A DNA stretch of 64,000 bases from Betaproteobacteria bacterium. GTDB lineage: Bacteria; Pseudomonadota; Gammaproteobacteria; Burkholderiales; Casimicrobiaceae. Shown here piece by piece: positions 61,160 through 64,000 of this stretch (positions within the stretch are counted from its first letter, which is position 1; the number at the start of each line of letters is the position of its first letter). The translations under genes were made by a program, and so were the position numbers. The notes under the pieces were generated by a model. It was not told where the DNA came from and did not search any database. It worked only from the letters and a program-made list of their open reading frames with translations. The stretch spans positions 34,474 to 98,473 of the forward strand of contig JAOUIA010000002.1 in NCBI GenBank assembly GCA_029884335.1, in the 5' to 3' direction.

Positions 61160-62773
61160 TCAGACGCAGCCCACGCCGTAGCACTGGAAATGCTCCATTT
61201 GGAGGAACGTGCAGTGTCCCTGCGGCCCGCCCGGCCTCTGCGCGCCGATCGGCAGGATGAACGTGCGAGCGTTGGCACCGGCCAGGCCCGCGGGAAGGTC
61301 GAAGGGCTGGAGGACCACGTAGGTGTCGTCCTTGCGCAGCCGCCAGTTGATGCGGCCCCGGTACTGGTCCGCCGGCTGCCCGAGTCGTTGTGCGGCGCCT
61401 TTCACCCAGGCGGCGATGTCCTCGTCGGTTGCCGGCCGGATGGCCCGTTGGCTCAGGAGCCGCTCGATGCCCCGGGTGCCTCCGGGCAGCACGTTGTCGC
61501 CCAGGGCGACGCTCTTCAGGGTCACGTCCGGCGAGTACGCGATATCGCCGTTCGCCTCGCCCACCAGAAAGTGGCCGCCGGCCTTCTTGTTCAGGAACGT
61601 GCCGATGCCGCGACCGAAGAGCTCCCGGATCCTGCGCTGGACCGCGCGATACTCGCTGCTGTCCGGCCTTTCGGCCGTGAAGTGCTGGCATGCGTTGGGA
61701 CCGTCCGACGTCGAGTACGTCGACAGCGGCGTCGACTTCGGCAGGCCGATCACGACCTGGCGATACATGCCTTCCGCAAGCACGCCCGCGATGCGCGCGC
61801 CTTCGGTCCGCCCGACGTTCCAGACGATCGGGTCATGACCCATGAGGACGAGCACGATAGGCTTCGGCGTCGTGCCGATGACGACGTCTTCACGGGCCAC
61901 GTCGTGGCCGCTCTGGTCGAGCGCGACGTCGAGCGGGGTCGATCCCCGCCTGACGCTCACGACCACCACGTCGAAGTCGCCGGCAAGTCCCGGGATGCCG
62001 CAGGGGTCGGAACGCGGGGCGGCGACCGCGTCCGCTTTCTGATGCTGGTACATGAGCTCGTTGGCCGGATGCGCGGACACCAGCGCCGTCAATGCGCGCT
62101 CGAGGGCCTGCTCGTCGAACGAGGCCTTGGGCCCGGCGGCGTAGAACAGGCGTCCCTCGTCGAGGAAGACGAAGACGACCGTGTTCCACGCGCCGTAGCT
62201 TTGAGCCGTCCCGCGGTACGCGGCGACCTTCCTGCCGCCCGCCTGGATGTAGACCGGCTGCAATGGCTCCGTCTGTCCGTCGCCTCCCGTCATGCCGGCG
62301 ATGGCCTCGCGCACCTCGTTGCGATCGCTGCGCCTGGACTGCGCCGCGAGGAAGATCGTGGAGGCGCCGGGACTGAATCGAATCTCGCCGCGGCCGCCCT
62401 CGAAGATGTCGGAGGCCTTCGCGCCCTTCGGAATCAGCGCCACGAGCTGCATGTGCTTCTCTCCGAGCAGCTCGACGCTGAACCCGAACGCGCCGACGTA
62501 GCCTTCGGGCGGCGCGATCCCGAACGACGTCCGCAGCGATTGCGCGACCTCGTCCGGGTCCTTCGTCACCTTGTACGGATTGAGGCTCCGTGCAGTGCTC
62601 GCCACGCGGGAGACCACGTTCGAAGCGTCCGCGACGAAGGGCGCCACGTTCTCGCGATAGAAGCCGAGCGCGCGGTAACCTATGTAGGCAAGGGCCAGCA
62701 AGGCGACGACGGCAACGAGCGTGAGCATCGCCCCGCCGGCTTGCCCGGTCCTGGCAACAGACTTCGCGGTCAT
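61160..62773 (-). CDS. Hypothetical N-terminally anchored exported protein
   Basis: AAGGA SD before ATG 62773; TM LTLVAVVALLALAYI; C-terminal domain with DQSGH, PAGLAGAN, GPQGHC and CYGVGC. Confidence 0.75.
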   Translation of the reverse strand: MTAKSVARTGQAGGAMLTLVAVVALLALAYIGYRALGFYRENVAPFVADASNVVSRVASTARSLNPYKVTKDPDEVAQSLRTSFGIAPPEGYVGAFGFSVELLGEKHMQLVALIPKGAKASDIFEGGRGEIRFSPGASTIFLAAQSRRSDRNEVREAIAGMTGGDGQTEPLQPVYIQAGGRKVAAYRGTAQSYGAWNTVVFVFLDEGRLFYAAGPKASFDEQALERALTALVSAHPANELMYQHQKADAVAAPRSDPCGIPGLAGDFDVVVVSVRRGSTPLDVALDQSGHDVAREDVVIGTTPKPIVLVLMGHDPIVWNVGRTEGARIAGVLAEGMYRQVVIGLPKSTPLSTYSTSDGPNACQHFTAERPDSSEYRAVQRRIRELFGRGIGTFLNKKAGGHFLVGEANGDIAYSPDVTLKSVALGDNVLPGGTRGIERLLSQRAIRPATDEDIAAWVKGAAQRLGQPADQYRGRINWRLRKDDTYVVLQPFDLPAGLAGANARTFILPIGAQRPGGPQGHCTFLQMEHFQCYGVGCV

Positions 62774-63236
62774 GGGGTTCCTTCGCAGGATTCGCGCATT
62801 GCTGCCGTCACATCCTCTGTCCCGGGACTCTGCGAGACTGCACAAGAGCCCATCGTGCCTTGAACCCATTTGCTCGACATGGTTGTCGGATAGACGAGCG
62901 GGCTGGAGAGACAAGTGGCGCGCTGCCCGCCGATCGACGCGAGCCTGAAGGAGACTGAAACGGTGGCCCTGGCCGATTTCATGGCCGGTACGGAGGATCC
63001 CGGACCGCGGCTTCGGTTCGTCGGCCGGCCTCGGCGGGGCCCGGCCGGCTCCGGCCGTCCGTGTCCACACAGGCCCGTGTCGGGAGTGACCGAAGCCGAG
63101 TCGAGGGGGGCACGGCTCGACCGCGTGGCGCGATCGCATGGTTCTGCCAGCGACCGTTCACGGATTCCTTCCGCCCGGCCGCGTGGAAGGGCGCTCGAGT
63201 GTCCGCTGGTTCCGCAATCGAAGCGGCGCGGGCCGG

Positions 63237-63445
63237 ATCGACGTCGCCGCGCTCGAGCGCGCGGCGCGCTTCGAGGCGCGCGTGGACGGGACCGTGCGCG
63301 AAGTGCACTCGAGCCGGCGCGCTCCCGGCGTCGAGCGCCTCTGCGTGCCCGGCGAGATGGAGGCGGAATCCGAGGCGCGCTGTCGCCGCGAGGGCGTCCC
63401 GCTGAACCGGCAGTCCCTCGCCGACATCGAGGATGCCGCGGCGCG
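63237..63445 (+). pseudogene. C-terminal relic of an Ldh_2 (malate/L-lactate dehydrogenase family) oxidoreductase
   Basis: IDVAAL...FEARVD...SRRAPGVERLCVPGEME...RREGVPL; no upstream coding continuation seen. Confidence 0.55.
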
Positions 63446-63470
63446 GCGGCGCAGGGGCAACGAGACGCCG

Positions 63471-63495
63471 GGGTCCCGCTTTCGCGGGAACGACG
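63471..63495. repeat. Solo CGTC-type REP unit
   Basis: gggtcccgctttcgcgggaacgacg. Confidence 0.6.
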
Positions 63496-63539
63496 ACGGG
63501 GCGTGCGCACGAGGCATGGCGAGCGCACCAGAGGGCAGG

Positions 63540-64000
63540 ATGACAACTAGCGCCAGCCTGCGCCACGCCGCGCTCGCTGCCGTCGCGCTTGCGGGCGCGG
63601 TCGCGCTGGCCGGCTGCGAACCGAAGCCGACCGGGCCCTTCAGGCAGGTCGACGGTGTCTGGCACTACCGGGACACGCCGATCCCGCAGGTCGACGCGCG
63701 CACGTTCACGCCGCTCGACGACCAGTACGCGAAGGACGCGGCGCGCGCCTGGCACGCGCGGGGCACGCGCGACGCGAAGGAGTACTACCTGATCCGCCGC
63801 GACGCTGTCGCCGCGCTGGAGGGTGCCGACGCGGCGAGCTTCGTCGTCCTCGGCCACGGCTACGCGCGGGACGCGCGCCACGCCTGGTTCGACGGCGCGC
63901 GTTTCGCGGTGCGCGACGCCGCCAGCCTGCGCGTGATCGATTCCGTGTACGCGCTGGACCGCGAGCGCGTGTACTTCCACCAGGCCGAGATCGCGGGGAG
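63540..64000 (+). CDS. DKNYY-like repeat lipoprotein (partial; runs off the right edge)
   Basis: Not in the ORF track. MTTSAS...ALAGC lipobox; repeats DARTFTPL..YAKD, DAASFVVL..YARD and DAASLRVI..YALD. Confidence 0.75.
   Translation, partial: MTTSASLRHAALAAVALAGAVALAGCEPKPTGPFRQVDGVWHYRDTPIPQVDARTFTPLDDQYAKDAARAWHARGTRDAKEYYLIRRDAVAALEGADAASFVVLGHGYARDARHAWFDGARFAVRDAASLRVIDSVYALDRERVYFHQAEIAG

Overview
High-GC, Betaproteobacteria-like chromosomal window. The taxonomy is inferred from the split metH, the Bug-family binding protein and the birA-coaX-SPOR operon. Many ORF-track entries are Arg/Ala/Pro-rich shadow frames, so several starts were re-called by eye. 1-15.5 kb is a compact uncharacterised cluster: SAM methyltransferase, stand-alone cNMP-binding protein, HD hydrolase, membrane class III cyclase, histidine phosphatase, two GT4 glycosyltransferases, a degenerate ABC exporter-like protein and a Dpp/Opp-type importer. 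15.6-20.6 kb holds an orphan ABC binding protein, vapBC and a zinc-ribbon/cyclase/AAA/TPR protein. 20.6-51.3 kb is mostly housekeeping: gabD, uppP, thiC/thiD with a TPP riboswitch, tRNA-Gly, hisN-like, hppD, birA-coaX, and split metH with a SAM-II riboswitch. It also carries two MITE families, CGTC-type REPs and a 25-bp repeat family. 51.4-64 kb is accessory. Two 123-bp IS91-type oriIS ends, each abutting GTTC or CTTG, bracket a cyclase/ATPase/TPR passenger gene. Gene relics, a Bug/enolase pair, a three-gene envelope operon of unknown function and a DKNYY-like lipoprotein follow. The best novelty candidates are the IS91-ori-bracketed cargo unit and the cNMP/glycosylation/ABC cluster.
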